Shown here: positions 1 through 12,600 of the stretch, one piece after another
Numbering within the stretch: position 1 is the first letter of the stretch
Layout of the letters: each line of letters opens with the position of its first letter
Source of the DNA: Amoebophrya sp. A120
Lineage: Eukaryota > Protista > Dinoflagellata
Assembly (NCBI GenBank): GCA_905178155.1
Contig: CAJINV010000001.1
Span: 8,949,865 to 9,013,864 of the forward strand
Direction: 5' to 3'
DNA length: 64,000 bases
The notes under the pieces: generated by a model
The model's database searches: none
What the model was told of the DNA's origin: nothing
Seen by the model: the letters and a program-made list of their open reading frames with translations, nothing else
Made by a program: the position numbers and the translations under genes

Positions 1-711
1 AAAGGCGCTGCCACAAAAGCTGCGCCAACCCACGATGGATCGCTGGCCCGCTTTTGTTCTTGCGACCGGCGGGCGCGAAAGCTGCCAAATATTGCGACCC
101 TGGGGAAAGTTTCAGGGTGTGCACTGCACTGTTCGTGAAATTATCCGAGACGCGAAATACGCACCAATTACAAAGAGCTTACGCGGCCGCTTATTTAACA
201 GGGGCCCAAGCTGTAAGCTCCCTGTTCCATCGTTCTCGCAATATTTTGATACGACAGCTTCACAGATCCCTTCGTATCACAATGATGATCCATGTTTCAT
301 GGGTGTCTGTGATCATGTCGCTTTTCCACCGCATGAGATGCGTTGTGTTTTGTGCTGGTTATTGGCTCTATTGTTGTGATCGGCTTGATGGAGAGTCATG
401 GTGGTCTGTGTCAGAATTTGTCGCTGGAGCCATGTGGTAGTAAGTGAGCAGGTATTTACACACAGTAGGATGAGGTTGCCATAGATAGATAGAGAGGCAT
501 GAATTCAAATGTCTAAAATCAGAACGAAGAAAAAGTTTTCGGCATCGTCTCCAGTATGTTGATAGAGGTTGATGCATGTAGTTTCTCCATTCGTCACACT
601 AAAAAATACGAAAATAGCGCCTCAGCTATGTACCTTGTCCGAACGAATTAAAGTTGAGTAGAGTTTTTTGTGGATCTTTTGAAGCTAGCATCAAAAAGTA
701 CTTTTCGCATT

Positions 712-1504
712 TCATTTGTAAACTATGTTTGTCAAGAGCAGGTACTTCATATTCACCGACTTTTTCGTTTCATCGTTTGTTTCAATCCACGAAGCAGTAG
801 AGCTTGCACTACTAGTGTCGTCTGCCGGCCGTGCTGGAGTTCTGCAGCACGGAAGTGCTGGCTCGTTGTCCTGATTGATTAGCGATTCGACCGGAGTAGG
901 TGGTAGAGTTGGGATACATGCGCTCGCCTCCTCCCCCGATGATCCGTTCCTCGAGAGATGGTGTTGCACCAACCGTCGTTTGGTGCTGGGAACTGGCGTG
1001 TAAGTTACGAGAATCTTCATTACCTTCGTGCTCCCGCAAGTACTGCAGCTGCCGCTGCGACTATGAAGAAAAAAAAGATCACCACTGTCACTATCAGTGT
1101 ACTTTGCGCCTCAGCCTCTTATCTTCTTAGCATCAAAACAATTTCTTTCCCAGACACACGACTGTAGCTTCCGTGTGTATTGTTGAGACTTCGTTCGCGT
1201 GTAAAGACTTGATTATCATGTCGTCTTCCGCATGACCACAGACAGTTCCAATGATGATCTTATTAATTTCTCTCTTGCATACCGACTGCGTCATGGTCAC
1301 GCCCGAAGCCGACGTCGTGGAGGCGAGTGCTACTGCGATTCCGGCTTGGGGGTCGTGCGGGTTTGTATTGCTCGCTTGCGTCGTCGTGGTCGCCATTCTT
1401 TGTTGCAACTCCTTGAGAAATTTCTCCGACGAGCCGAGCAAGTCGACGCCCTCATCCCGCAAGGTGTCCATCTGGGCCCGAAAATCGAACGGCTGAGGCT
1501 CCAT
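712..1504 (-). CDS. hypothetical protein, probably multi-exon (boundaries uncertain)
   Basis: ORFs 1133..1504 (MEPQPFDFRAQMDTLRDEG...) and 712..1020 have coding-like, Ser/Thr/Pro-rich composition. No family recognised. Confidence 0.3.
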
Positions 1505-2119
1505 CTGAATTTGTTTTTTTGGGAATTGGAATTGCGCGCATAGGATTCACTGTATACGGTGTCTCGAGTGGAGTTCGTAAGCGGACAAAGAAACGACCTT
1601 TTGCGCGCCATAATCTCCGCCCTTATGGCGTGCTGTGGTGGTAGTGCTTCTGCATTCTGCACGTTAGATAAAAGGATTTTCATCGCTCAGGACGAGTCTT
1701 GATTATTACTTGGACAGTGAGACATGAACCACATGGTGACTGACGACGATGCCTCGAGACAATACTTGGTACACCAAAAAAACGTACTGCGGGTTCTTCT
1801 TCTTGGCTGTCGCTGTTCGGGTTATTGTATTGTTGGGAAAGCAACGCCGTTCGCTCACCCGACTCCAGATCGGGGCTGTGCAGTTCGCCTTCATCCCTGC
1901 CGTGTAGTTGCGGCTTGTTCGACGCACTCCTGGAATATGAAAGCGCACAACTCCCTTTGTTACCCCTTATTTGGATAATAGCATGAACAGCATCACAATC
2001 AGTACCACTAACACAAGTCCAATCTGAATCTCCAAGTGGAGCCTGTGCATGACAACTTGATCACGCGCCGTATGTAGTACTGTTTGGGCTTCAGAATTTG
2101 TCATGCAGACAGTGCTAAC

Positions 2120-2570
2120 TCAAGGCACCAACTGAGTCAAGTCTGAGTTTGGAACTTTGCATGACAAATGAAGGGGACGAGTTGCGTGCTCTGATATGGA
2201 TGTCGACCCCGCGTGGTCCGAGACCTGGTCCAGCTCCCGCTGGGCCACTTCCTGCCCACTGGTTGCACCAGCGTAGGAGCTCTGTCGGCCACCAGCACTG
2301 CGCCGTTTTGCAATCTGGTAGGCCGACACGACGCAGTTCGAGCCCAGCATCACGGTGAAGCCCCACATGCTGACGCAGAGAAACAACAGCCCCGCTACGG
2401 TAGAGGCCCACATGGCCCAGCCAAACAGTGTCAGCTTTTTGCACTTTCGGTTCGCACCCTCCCCCTCGCAGGCGTAGTGACGGGGCAGCACCTCCTCTGA
2501 GAAGTTGTCCCAGCCAACGAACTTGAACACCGTGCACGCGTGGTCGACGTTTAGCAAGATCAGCGCCAGA
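2120..2570 (-). CDS. hypothetical membrane protein, probably a C-terminal exon
   Basis: GC-rich ORF 2120..2557 with a hydrophobic segment (LFGWAMWASTVAGLLFLCVSMWGFTVML). Upstream exons not resolved. Confidence 0.35.
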
Positions 2571-5132
2571 ATCAGGAGACGATGTAGAAGGAAACAAAGT
2601 TAGTGATTGTGTTAGGTACGGGCAATGCCAAAGCCAATGAATGACAATGCCTCAGACATCTTCAGATACGCCAAAAGATAAAGAATCAAAACAGCATGCA
2701 TCTTCATGCCCATGAGCTTTTACTTCTTACATCAGGATTATGCTGTTGGGCCAGGGCAAGCAGCCGGGAAGATCACTTTCCGTTTTCTTCGTTTGGTAAA
2801 TATACCCAATACGCAGCTGGATTTGTTTTCCGACCTGTATTTCGTGCCGAGAAGGAAGTTGCAGAAAGAAAGCCAGAGTCAGGCGTGGTAAATGAACCGA
2901 AAAGTCAGCTTGATAAAATTTGTATGTAAATCATGGAGAACGAGAATGTTGGCAAACTACACAGTACCCATTTCCCGTCCCTTACGCCACATGTACTGCA
3001 TGAAATTGGTGTAGACCGCGAAATTGAAGGTAAGCATGACGACATCCTGCTGAAAACTCCTGTTGCAATTTTCGTGCCAGATCAACTTTGTGGAGACTCT
3101 GCTCATGCATTGACCTCATGTCATCTTCTACCTCTGTTGACGTATCTACTGCGCGCGCTGCAATTTGCATTTCTTTGCACTTTGCCGCTGCCAGTGGCAC
3201 CCAACGCAAACAATAATCTGGTGCGCATGCATCGCGCTGCTACTTACACCGAACTGGCAATGAGAGCACTGTTTTAGTTTTCCGCAGGATAAAAAATGCT
3301 GCCCATGAATTCCACTTTGGCACGATCCGACGCACTGCGCGGATCGCCACAATTCAGCAAGCCGGAGCTTAAAACGAGCATGACCACCGGCCACGTACAT
3401 CAGCTACCCAGGACGCCGGGCAACACCGTCATAAACGTGAACAAGCTCGCGGTTTGGATTCCCAACGCCTCCTCTTGTATCAGGGTATGCGGTGCAAAAG
3501 TATCACTTGAAATAAAAATGCAGGCGTCTATACAAAAAGTGCAACAAAGAAACTGGTTTCTTGTAGCTTGCCGACCGAAACTTGTCCTTTTTGATGTCAT
3601 CAATGGCATAACACATTTATATGCCAAGGTGCTGTCCTCTGGATGAAGCTACGTGTTCATCTTGTCCTTATTTTGGCAAATATTCATGTGTTTTTTTGCA
3701 CAGGGTACGGCGGATTCAGCAGCCACTGCGACCAAGAGTTCTGGCCCTGGCTTTTCGGGCGGCCCCTGCCACCACCCGAGGGCCGAGAGGAGCCACCGGC
3801 CAGGCGTCCATTTCCACCGGACATTGGCACTGCGATTTGGCCCCCGTTGGGCTAGATGGAAGCTAGTGGACGAGAGCACATGCTGATAGATTTTGTTTTT
3901 CTCTTTGAACTGCTGATATGTTACTGTTTCTACGACATAACCTTTTACGTTTAGTACAAGTGCGAATGCGAGGGGATGCGCCTCGTGTCATCCATACAGG
4001 ACAACAGTATCAAATTACATGTACATACAGAAGTAACAGTTTTTCATATTGAAAAAAACGGTTTGTGCTACCTGTCAGCTACTTCTAGTAAGAAATCGAG
4101 CTGGAGTGATGTGGCAGCTGTTTGGTTTCTGCGATGTACAACTCCATATATCAATGCAGACGTCACTAATTCGACGAGGAACCAAGCGACGACCAGAACC
4201 AACCCTGACGATCACGACTAATGAGTGAGCTTTTTTGTCATTTTCCCAGCGTGAAATTACTTATTCTTTCAGTATTTCTTCATATGACGAAAACGATGAA
4301 GTACGTGGCGCGTCTGTCCAAAGCCAGTTCCCTGCCCCTACGCGAAATCACAATCACGCCCAACAGGGACAATGCAACGACGTTGTTGACTAATTTCCGC
4401 TTGATCAGGTACTGTTACAATACAACTGCTTCAAGTCCTACTGTACGTGTACCACGAGAACGAAGCACCGCGATTGAGAATTTGCACTAGCACTGAAAGC
4501 TAAGTGCATGATTTGAGACCACGAGGCCTGGCAGTGTAAAACGACGATCGATCCTCGGGCGTTTTAGCTTTTGCTTTGATGGTCTGTAGATAACGCGAAA
4601 TGAGACACACGAGGTTTTCCGCACGAACACCAACGCATGGCGTGGCCGTTGGTTTACCGCGGTCTGCTCAGATTGGAAGGCTTCCCTTCTCTTTTTCTTC
4701 TTTGGAGTGCCTTTTTTCGACGTGCATGTTCGTTGCATTCTCGTGTTCGTTGCATCCTTCCAAGAAAGTGATCTGCACGCGGCGGAAACATCAGAGGGAT
4801 GGTGGTGAGATATACGGTCCTCAAGGGCCCTGCTTCATTAGATTTGTACGTGCCAATAGACGGGTGCGTCCTGTGGCGTCAACGGGGAGCGCTACTCTGG
4901 TGCTGGTCCCGCTAAAGCTTCGTGTGGTCGTTAGATTTTTCTTTTGGCGTGCATTCCCGGTAAAGCCGGCCTGCCAGCATCATTCTTTTTCTTCGAACTG
5001 ACGGGGCATCACAAGACAGGTGGGCAGTTGAGGGGAGAAGTGCCGTTGCAGTACTTACCCGAGCAGTACTGAGTGGAAGCTTGTTATATACGTCTTTGCG
5101 GCCGTTCACATTCTCCGACGACGGTGATTCCC

Positions 5133-8100
5133 TTACTTCTTTTTCCTCTTGTTTTTCTTCCCCCCGGCCCCGCCACGACTACTTTCAGCAGACATGAGCC
5201 AGTCCGCGGGAGCCCACGCCAAATCGAAGGACTCAATCATTATGGTGTGCGCGGTCGCGACAATCGCGCTGGAATTCCACTGCTTTTTGGCTTTCTTCAG
5301 GACACTTCTGTACGAACTGGAAAAAAATGCGGACCACTTTTGCGCAAAACTCCCCACCGCAAGCGCCGTCCGGCTGCTCTCGTAAAAAGCCTTGGCCTCG
5401 GTGTTCACAAAACTGAGTCCGCGATCCAGCGCGACCGGTCCGGTTTTGTACTCCGGCGGCGGGTATCAAGTGCAAAAATGTCTGGGTCAGTCTGGAACAT
5501 TTAGAACTTGTCATGCTAAATCCGAATGATGCAAAAATCTGTGTTGCGTGAGTACCAAAAGCTGTTCGCCTTTGACCAAATTGAGAGGGAGTTTCTCATG
5601 CTGCAAAGGCATGATAGAGACCTCAAAGAATCTGCCATGCTAGGTCTCGCATTCCAGACCTCATGCTCATGGTTCATGCAAAACGTGCATGACAAGTCTC
5701 AGAATCTTCCAGACCCAGACATTTTTGCATTTGATAGCGGGAACAACCCGGGGGCGGTGTACCACCCGGCCTTGTATGTGGCGTAGATCGACATCAGGTT
5801 CCACACCGCCGCGAAGCCGACCAGCATGGCGAGCGCCGCGAAAAAGGTGGCAAGGTGGGCCCGCGTTTGCGTGGCGTAGGGTTGGCGCGCAAGCTGGACG
5901 GCGAACACGAGAGCCAAACCCCCGAGCATGAAGAGGCCGCTGCACCCAAGGCCCTCGCCGAGGTACTGGGACCGGTTCGACTTCGCAATGTACTCCCCCG
6001 CTTCCCCCGTCCAACGCATTCCGTGGAGCAGATTGTAAGTGAGGCCACTGCAGCCCAACCTGAAGTGATGATCGATGATTCTTTAAATTCATTGTTTATT
6101 CCGCGTCACTAGCGCTGGGACGATCAACTTTCTGCACGAGGACCCTGCAATCAAAATACTGAAGCCTAAACCAGGACATCTATCGACTATAGAAAGTAGT
6201 TGTAGTCGCCGACGCCGTCGCATTAGAAGTATAGACCAAGCCGTGCAAGATTCTCATTCTGGAGAAAGAAGTATCTCTATCTTTTCTAAAAATCCGCTTA
6301 CCACTGCACCGCCACGGCACCCACTACCATTAGTAGTGGTGCCCAGCGTACTAGTGCCGCGCCCAAAACAAGCACCAACAGCGCGGCCAAGCCGATGCCG
6401 ACCAGTGGCGCCATCTTCCGCAGGCGGGCGAAGAGGTCTTGGTACAATTCGAGCCTCGGTCGAGGCGCAAAGGATTTCACGAAGTCCAGCAATTCATTCG
6501 GGTTCGACCAGTCGACTGCCGCGTATACGTGCTGGGGCCGGAACGAAACTGTGCCATTGCGGCGTCGCAGGGTGGATCCGCGCGCGTGCACTAGCTTTGG
6601 CACTTTCTCAAATTTGTGGAAGGCGCAAACTTCCTGCATGGCGCTGTTCTCGGAATCGCAATACACTACCGCAAAAAAGACGTCTTGCTTCTCCGAAGCG
6701 ACAGCAGACGCCGCTTGCTGCTCTCCGCTTGAAGACGCACTCGCAGGAGCTCCCGGGGGACCAAGGCCAGCATCTGCCGCGCTTGACGGTCCTCCCAAGT
6801 CGTCCTTATCGTTATGCTCACCCAGCACATGATAGCTGTTTATGAAGATTGAAGTAGAATCTCATTCTCAGCTAATTACTTTGCAAAGTAACTAGGGTGA
6901 ACCTCAATCAGATTTCATGGATTTTTCAGCGATAGAGCCGGTAGAGGTTGTGGACTTTGAGGTTGTAGTAGCTAGAAGGCAGATGAAACAAGTGAAAATC
7001 ATAATTTACAGTTCAAAGTCAGTATGAACATTTTCATCCACATCATAGTCTACCTGGCGGCGACTTTTTGGAAGGACTCCATTGCCCGGCCACATTCCCG
7101 GCTGCAGTGGCCCTTGCGCAGGTTGCAGCAGCCCCGCACAGTGAAGAGGATAAACAGGTGATATGGACGAGGGGAGCGGAGAACAAGCTCGGAATAACGC
7201 TCCACTGTGTCGATCTCGGGAATCATACCGCAGGCACGGCGATCGCCTGATACGATGATGGAGAGTGCAAGAAAAGATCAACAGCAACCTTAAGGGCGAG
7301 GCAAATATATAAATCGAAAAAGGCTTCTTGACCAAGGACGCATTCGTGCAGCACCAGCAGCCACCAGCAATGATATTAATAGTTATCTCATACCTCCAAT
7401 CAGCATGGCCGTGCAGTGCTTCGTTTGATCCCGAAGCCATTTTATTTTTTCGCGTGCCTTTTCCGTAGAGTCCACCGCTGTTGCGTCCCGAAAATCTACT
7501 TCGGTTAGAGCTTGCCCATCTGTTAAGCGCGGGGCTGTGTAAGTATCAAATAAGAGGCGTGTAAGTAGCACCGCCGGTGTAGGGCGGCACACGCCAAAGG
7601 AGGAAGGTGCCACGCATATGAGCGCTCCGCACAGGATTGCCATCGATCAAAATTGAAAAGGACTCGAAAGCACCAAAATCGAGGGCAATGAGCCGAGCAC
7701 CCCGAAAACCGGGGCGAGAGCTCGGGCCTCCGACGCGTGTGAGCGCTCTGCACAAGATTGCCGTCGGTCAAAATCGAGAAGATCGCCACGAAAAATGGCG
7801 GAAGTGCAACAGCCACGAGCTGTATGCGTGCCCGCTGGGATCTGTCATGCTTCTTTCAATGAAAGACGCGTGACAGATCCCAAGTTTGAAGATCTCCCAG
7901 GCACGCAAAATCCAGGCTGCAGCCCCCCCCCAGGCCGCACAAAGTTGGCGGCGCAATTCCCCAGGCACACAGAATCGATTTCGCAAGCCCCCTAGATCGC
8001 GAAGAATTGAACTAGTATACCGCGCAAGCCAGGGGATCGCACCCTTTCGCATTTTGTGCGTCGCGCAACCCTTCCACAAAAAAAAATCGATTTTGCGCCG

Positions 8101-8653
8101 CCCGAGGACGAGGCATCTTCGAGATGCGTGCCCGAGGGGTGCGCACAAAATCGAATCTGTCCGCGGGTACTCACAAAATCGATTTTGTGAGCACCGCCCG
8201 CCGGAATATGACAATCCGGCGTCCTCAAATTGCGACAAGTATTTGTCGCGCACAAAGACACGGGAGTTGAGGCAGTTGCCTCAACTCCAAAACTCCCAGG
8301 CTTTCAGACTTTTCACGAGTAGCTTACGCGCCACTTATTTTGAACTTACACGCCCGATATCTTAACAGCCTGGCAAGCTTTAATACTTCGGTCGCCTTTT
8401 CCGTAGAGCCCACCGCTGTTGCGTCCCGAAAATCTACTTCGGTCGTCCGATCCTGCAGTTTGCCGATTATATTACCAGTCGTCTCCTCGGCTCGCACTGC
8501 AACCTCTGCAACGACGACACAGAATGACAGACGAGACAAGAAGAAAACAAGCTGGCTCTGCAGCAGAAGCTGACAGAATGCTGACCCGCGGAAGAAATTG
8601 GCCGACTTCGCGGACGGTCGAGGTCTGCTGAACGAGGAGGAGGAGCGTTTCAT
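5133..8653 (-). CDS. OST3: OST3/OST6-family oligosaccharyltransferase subunit (thioredoxin-like lumenal domain plus TM helices), multi-exon
   Basis: Hand-joined exons give: hydrophobic N-terminus (8324..8653 ORF), then YSELVLRSPRPYHLFILFT...CSRECGRAMESFQKVAA (about 7247-7054), then VFFAVVYC...KVPKLV plus TMs (6298..6828), then GLTYNLLHG...YIAKSNRSQYLGEG...IYATYKAGWY (5737-6058), then FPPPEYKTGPVALDRG to the stop at 5133. Three canonical GT-AG introns and two TIR-element introns. Confidence 0.85.
5464..5736. mobile_element. introner/MITE family A (TATCAAATGCAAAAATGTCTGGGTCTGGAA TIR), 273 bp, 5-bp TSD GCGGG, inside an OST3 exon
   Basis: Left end tatcaagtgcaaaaatgtctgggtc, right end ttccagacccagacatttttgcatttgata. 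GCGGG at 5459-5463 and 5737-5741. Removal restores GLFP-PPEYKTG in frame. Confidence 0.93.
7456..8443. repeat. 51-bp-period exonic tandem repeat (17 aa, TEVDFRDATAV[G/D]STEKA) split by the 879-bp element
   Basis: 7456-7505 and 8394-8443 are identical except for one base. Confidence 0.9.
7505..8383. mobile_element. 879-bp non-autonomous TIR element with 8-bp TSD TACTTCGG (hAT-like), inside an OST3 exon
   Basis: Imperfect TIR of about 65 bp: ttagagcttgcccatctgttaag...gtgtaagtatcaaataagaggcgtgtaag versus the reverse complement of the right end, ttaaagcttgccaggctgttaag...gtgtaagttcaaaataagtggcgcgtaag. TSD at 7497-7504 and 8384-8391. Internal aaaatcgatttt motifs and a direct repeat of about 47 bp (7614 and 7735). 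No transposase ORF seen. Confidence 0.85.
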
Positions 8654-9645
8654 TGTGTAGCTATCTGCTGCTAGATGAGAACTCTGTAGACATCCATGAA
8701 AAAAAATGACTCAGGAACTTTTGTCTAAGCCTCGTGACGCCACTACACCCAAGGCTCCTAGAAGATAAAGAAGAAACGCACGATGTTCTTTTCTCGCATA
8801 TGATCTGATTCTGAGCACGAAAGGACTTGGGCATCAAAAAAACCAGATCACAAAGGGACCGATGGGTTCAGAAATGAAAAGAACGTAGCCACGAGCAATA
8901 CCATGACGAGTATGACATCAAGTAAATCTTTATGTCAACTGTGCGGTGTATGTGGAAACTTCACACAGAAGAATTTGCATCGATCTATTACCAGATTAGT
9001 ATGAGTGTGTGTATGTAGATCGAAAAAACTTCGTAAGTAAAAAATGAAAAACCACAGAGAAAAAAGGGGATCCGCGATGATAGCAGGCAGATCTGATTCA
9101 TGCAGAAGCATACGGGTCACGACTTGGAGCATTTGCCGTTCCAGTTCCTTCTCCTTGGCACCACGAAATACGGAACAATATTATTTTAGTGCACCCCTAT
9201 TTTCCGCGAAATTGGTACTGCTTCTATTTTTCCTGTTTCTTTTGTTTTTCTCTTTTGCGTTAATCCAAGTTCTGTATACCAGAAAAGCACAAAACAGAGC
9301 ACTCCTGCGGTTGTCCGGCAAGCGGCAGTGACGCAGGCTCTGCGGGGGCCATTTTGGTTTCTGTGCAGCTCACATCAACAGCAACGAAGTAGGACAGGGA
9401 AAACAAACGCTGAATATAGGAAAAGAAATATGTGCGCTAGCGCAGCGACGAATTTCTAGGCCAATGATAGATACCTCGAGGACGACAGAGCTCCTGACCA
9501 GTGCAGCAAGTGCACGAGCTGGAGCTGCAATTACGTAGTACCGTTCTTGACCACTATTCAAAATAATTAAAACCAAATGTACGTTTTCAAGAGGAGTTTG
9601 TTGACACACCGCTGTAAAAATGCATCAATCGAGGACGCGCCGCGT

Positions 9646-12600
9646 TCAAGTGTTTTCTTCCCCGCCGGCATCCGCCACTACTTCGTCCGTCTTCTGCACA
9701 AAGTCGTGCAGAAGCAGCTCCTTGGCGGTTGGCCGCTTTTGCGGGTCCCGCGTGAGACACCTTGCCACGAAGTTTCTCGCAGTCGCGGAGAGGTGGGCCG
9801 GAATCTCGGGAACGTCGTCTGTCATCGCGATGCGCATCAGCATGGCAATGTTGTTGTCAAAGCAGAGCTCGGACCAGGGCGCCCGGCCGCTCGCCATCTC
9901 AATGAGGAGGCAGCCCAGCGACCAGATGTCCGCCTTCGTGTCGTAGGGCGTTCCCTTCATCACGTCGGGGCTCATCCAGGGAATCGACCCGGTCATCGTC
10001 TGCGCGCACATCTGGTCGCCCGATCGGGACATGATTTGCTTGGCGCAACCAAAGTCGGACAATTTCACGCAGCAGTTGAGCCCGACCAGGATGTTCGCGC
10101 CCTTGATGTCGCGGTGGATGAAGTTCCGTTCGTGGAGGTAGGCGAGGCCCCGTAGCAGCTGGCGGCAGTACACACGCACCAGAGACTCGTCCAGGGGCCC
10201 AAAGGTGTGGATCACGGCGGAGAGCGAGCCACCGGGCATGAACTCCAGGTAGATAAACAGCACGTCCTGCCCGTCCAGGGTCATGGTTTCGTGCCCCAGG
10301 TACTGAATGATCGCGTCGTGGCGCAGCGAGCGGTAGCTGTTCAGCTCCCCGTCGAGGTTCTTCTTGACCAGGTCCGTCGCGTCGTGCAGGGACACCTCCT
10401 TCACCGCCAGCAGTTTGCCCGTCTCGGTGTCCAAGGCCTTGAAGACCGTGCCCAGACTGCCGCAGCCCACGGGGTCGCCCTTGATCCAGCGGTAAAGCGA
10501 CCCGGAAATCAGCTTGTTCCGCCGCCGCAGGCCGCCGGTGGACCGCATGGTCCCTCCCAGGTTTGAGGTTGCCGTCAGGCGAAAACCACTGGAGGCCGTC
10601 GCGGTGCCGGAAAAGGCCGGCTGGAGTGTTGGTTGGGGAGCTGGGGTTTGTTCACACGGCGTGACACTTTTCTCACCATCGTCCAACCAGCGGTCCGGAC
10701 GACCATCAGACGCAGAATGTTCTTCTCCTCGTTCGGCCCGTCCAGATCCTGCGTTTCTTCCGTGGCTTTCGTCACCAGAGCGCTCTTCAAGTGGATTTTT
10801 AGTAGCACCGAGAGCGCCAGCCGAGGACGGAGGAAAGGCGCCGAAGGCGTGTGATACGTCAACTTCAATGGCCTCCGATATTTGTCTAGTTGGGTCGTCG
10901 TCCTCTCCAACGGCTTGACTGTGGTCCTCCACATCACGGGCGCTTCTTGTGGTCCGCCCTTCGCCATGAAAGGTTGGGTTATGCCTGCTCCCGGCCTCGT
11001 CGGCAAATTCGCCCAGCAGCGGTGGCCGCCGCGGGTGCAGTTTTATCTCGTGTGTACTTTCGTCCCGGGATGCTGGCCATTGCTGGAAGGCAGCGGCGGG
11101 CGGAAAAAGCGCGTCGCTACCTGCTTGGTGTTCCTCCTCTACGGCTTTTAGTCCTGTTCTTTCCTGCTCTGTGACAGACGATGACGAAGAGGTAGAGGCA
11201 GAACTTGACGATCCGCCACGACTAGAATGCGCAGCAGAAGCACTCCTGGACGACGTGGGCAACACGGAAGCAACATTTAACCCTGGTGCACCTCCTGCTT
11301 CCGTGGTTGCGCTTGCACTTGAGCTCGACGCAGACGAAGCGGAGGACGATGCGGCACTACTTGACGGACTTGAGCACGAGGAAGACGCAGCAGAGCTTGA
11401 ATCTACTTCTTGGCAGGTCGCCCCGGTCTTTTGTTTGGTGTCTACTTCGTCGCGCCGGGTCCGGTTTATCTTGTTCATCTCGTCAGACGCATTTCCGCCC
11501 TGCCGCGTGTGATCGTCGGGTGCCACGACGATGTCGCGAAAGATGCCGCAGGGCTGCGGCGCCAGGTTGATGTCGTCGATGCGCGCGAGCATGTCGCTCG
11601 GGTAGAGCTCCACGGCCCCCCGGGAGGACAGCGTTCCGCGCAGCAGCAGTCCGGCGGTCGTGTGGTCGGCGTCCGAGGGGGCAGGGGAGCTGGATTCCGG
11701 CGACGACGACGCCGACAAGTCGTGGTTCATCTTCAGCAGCTTCTTCTCGAAGTGCTGCTTCGACGGGCTGATCAGGCGCGGTCGCGACGTGGGCGAGTGG
11801 TCCAGTTCCGCCGGCTTCTCAAAGTCGCGGGCTCGCACCAGGTCCTCCTCCGCGGTGCAAATGCTCAACGCCACCGGCAAACTCGGGGGCCGACTGCTGG
11901 TAGTCAGGGTGGTAACGACATCCTCAAAGTTTTCCTTTCCGTTCCACTGTACTGCCTCCATGTTCTTTGTCGACGTTCCCACACCCTGTGCCTGCGTTGT
12001 CGGTCCTGCGGAGAGTAGTTGTAGAGATTTACCGTCGTCCGTGACGGGTTCTGATGTCGCACAATCCCTATTTCGTCCTTGAAGATGGCCATTGACATGC
12101 GCGGACGCAGGAATCGCAGAGAACGAAGCAGAATTCTGGTTGGAAAGCTTCGAGGAGGAGCTTGATGAAGATGATGTACTCGAGGTCCCACTTGCGACGT
12201 TGCTCCCGATGAGCACCGGGTCGGAATCGACCTTGTCAGGCACATTATCGGGGCCGCAGTTGCTGCGGGCGGGTCGCCCGGTGCTGGATGCGTTCTCCAC
12301 GTCGGAAGAGGCGTTCGACTTGCCCCAGCTCGAGTCCAGCGGGTTGATGTTGTCCTCTTCGTGGAAACTGGAGCTCTTGTTACTCTCCAAGTCCGGCACT
12401 GTTTGTCCCGGCAGGTGGGCACTTTTCCCCGCCTCGCCCCCTTGATCTTGCGCATGCATTCTCTGACGACTGGTGCCTAGTGGCGCATCCTGCCTGTCGT
12501 CGTCGTTGGTGTGGTGCACCAGCTCCGAGTCGACATCCCCTGGTCCTTCCAACGGCCGTATACCGCTCTGCTTCTCCTCGTCGATGGGAGACGTCGTGTA

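Noticed and set aside
2933-3886. Gene on either strand (plus-strand exons with a gtaagc donor, or a minus-strand MFS-like fragment)
   Set aside because: I could not build a consistent stop-free model or recognise a family.
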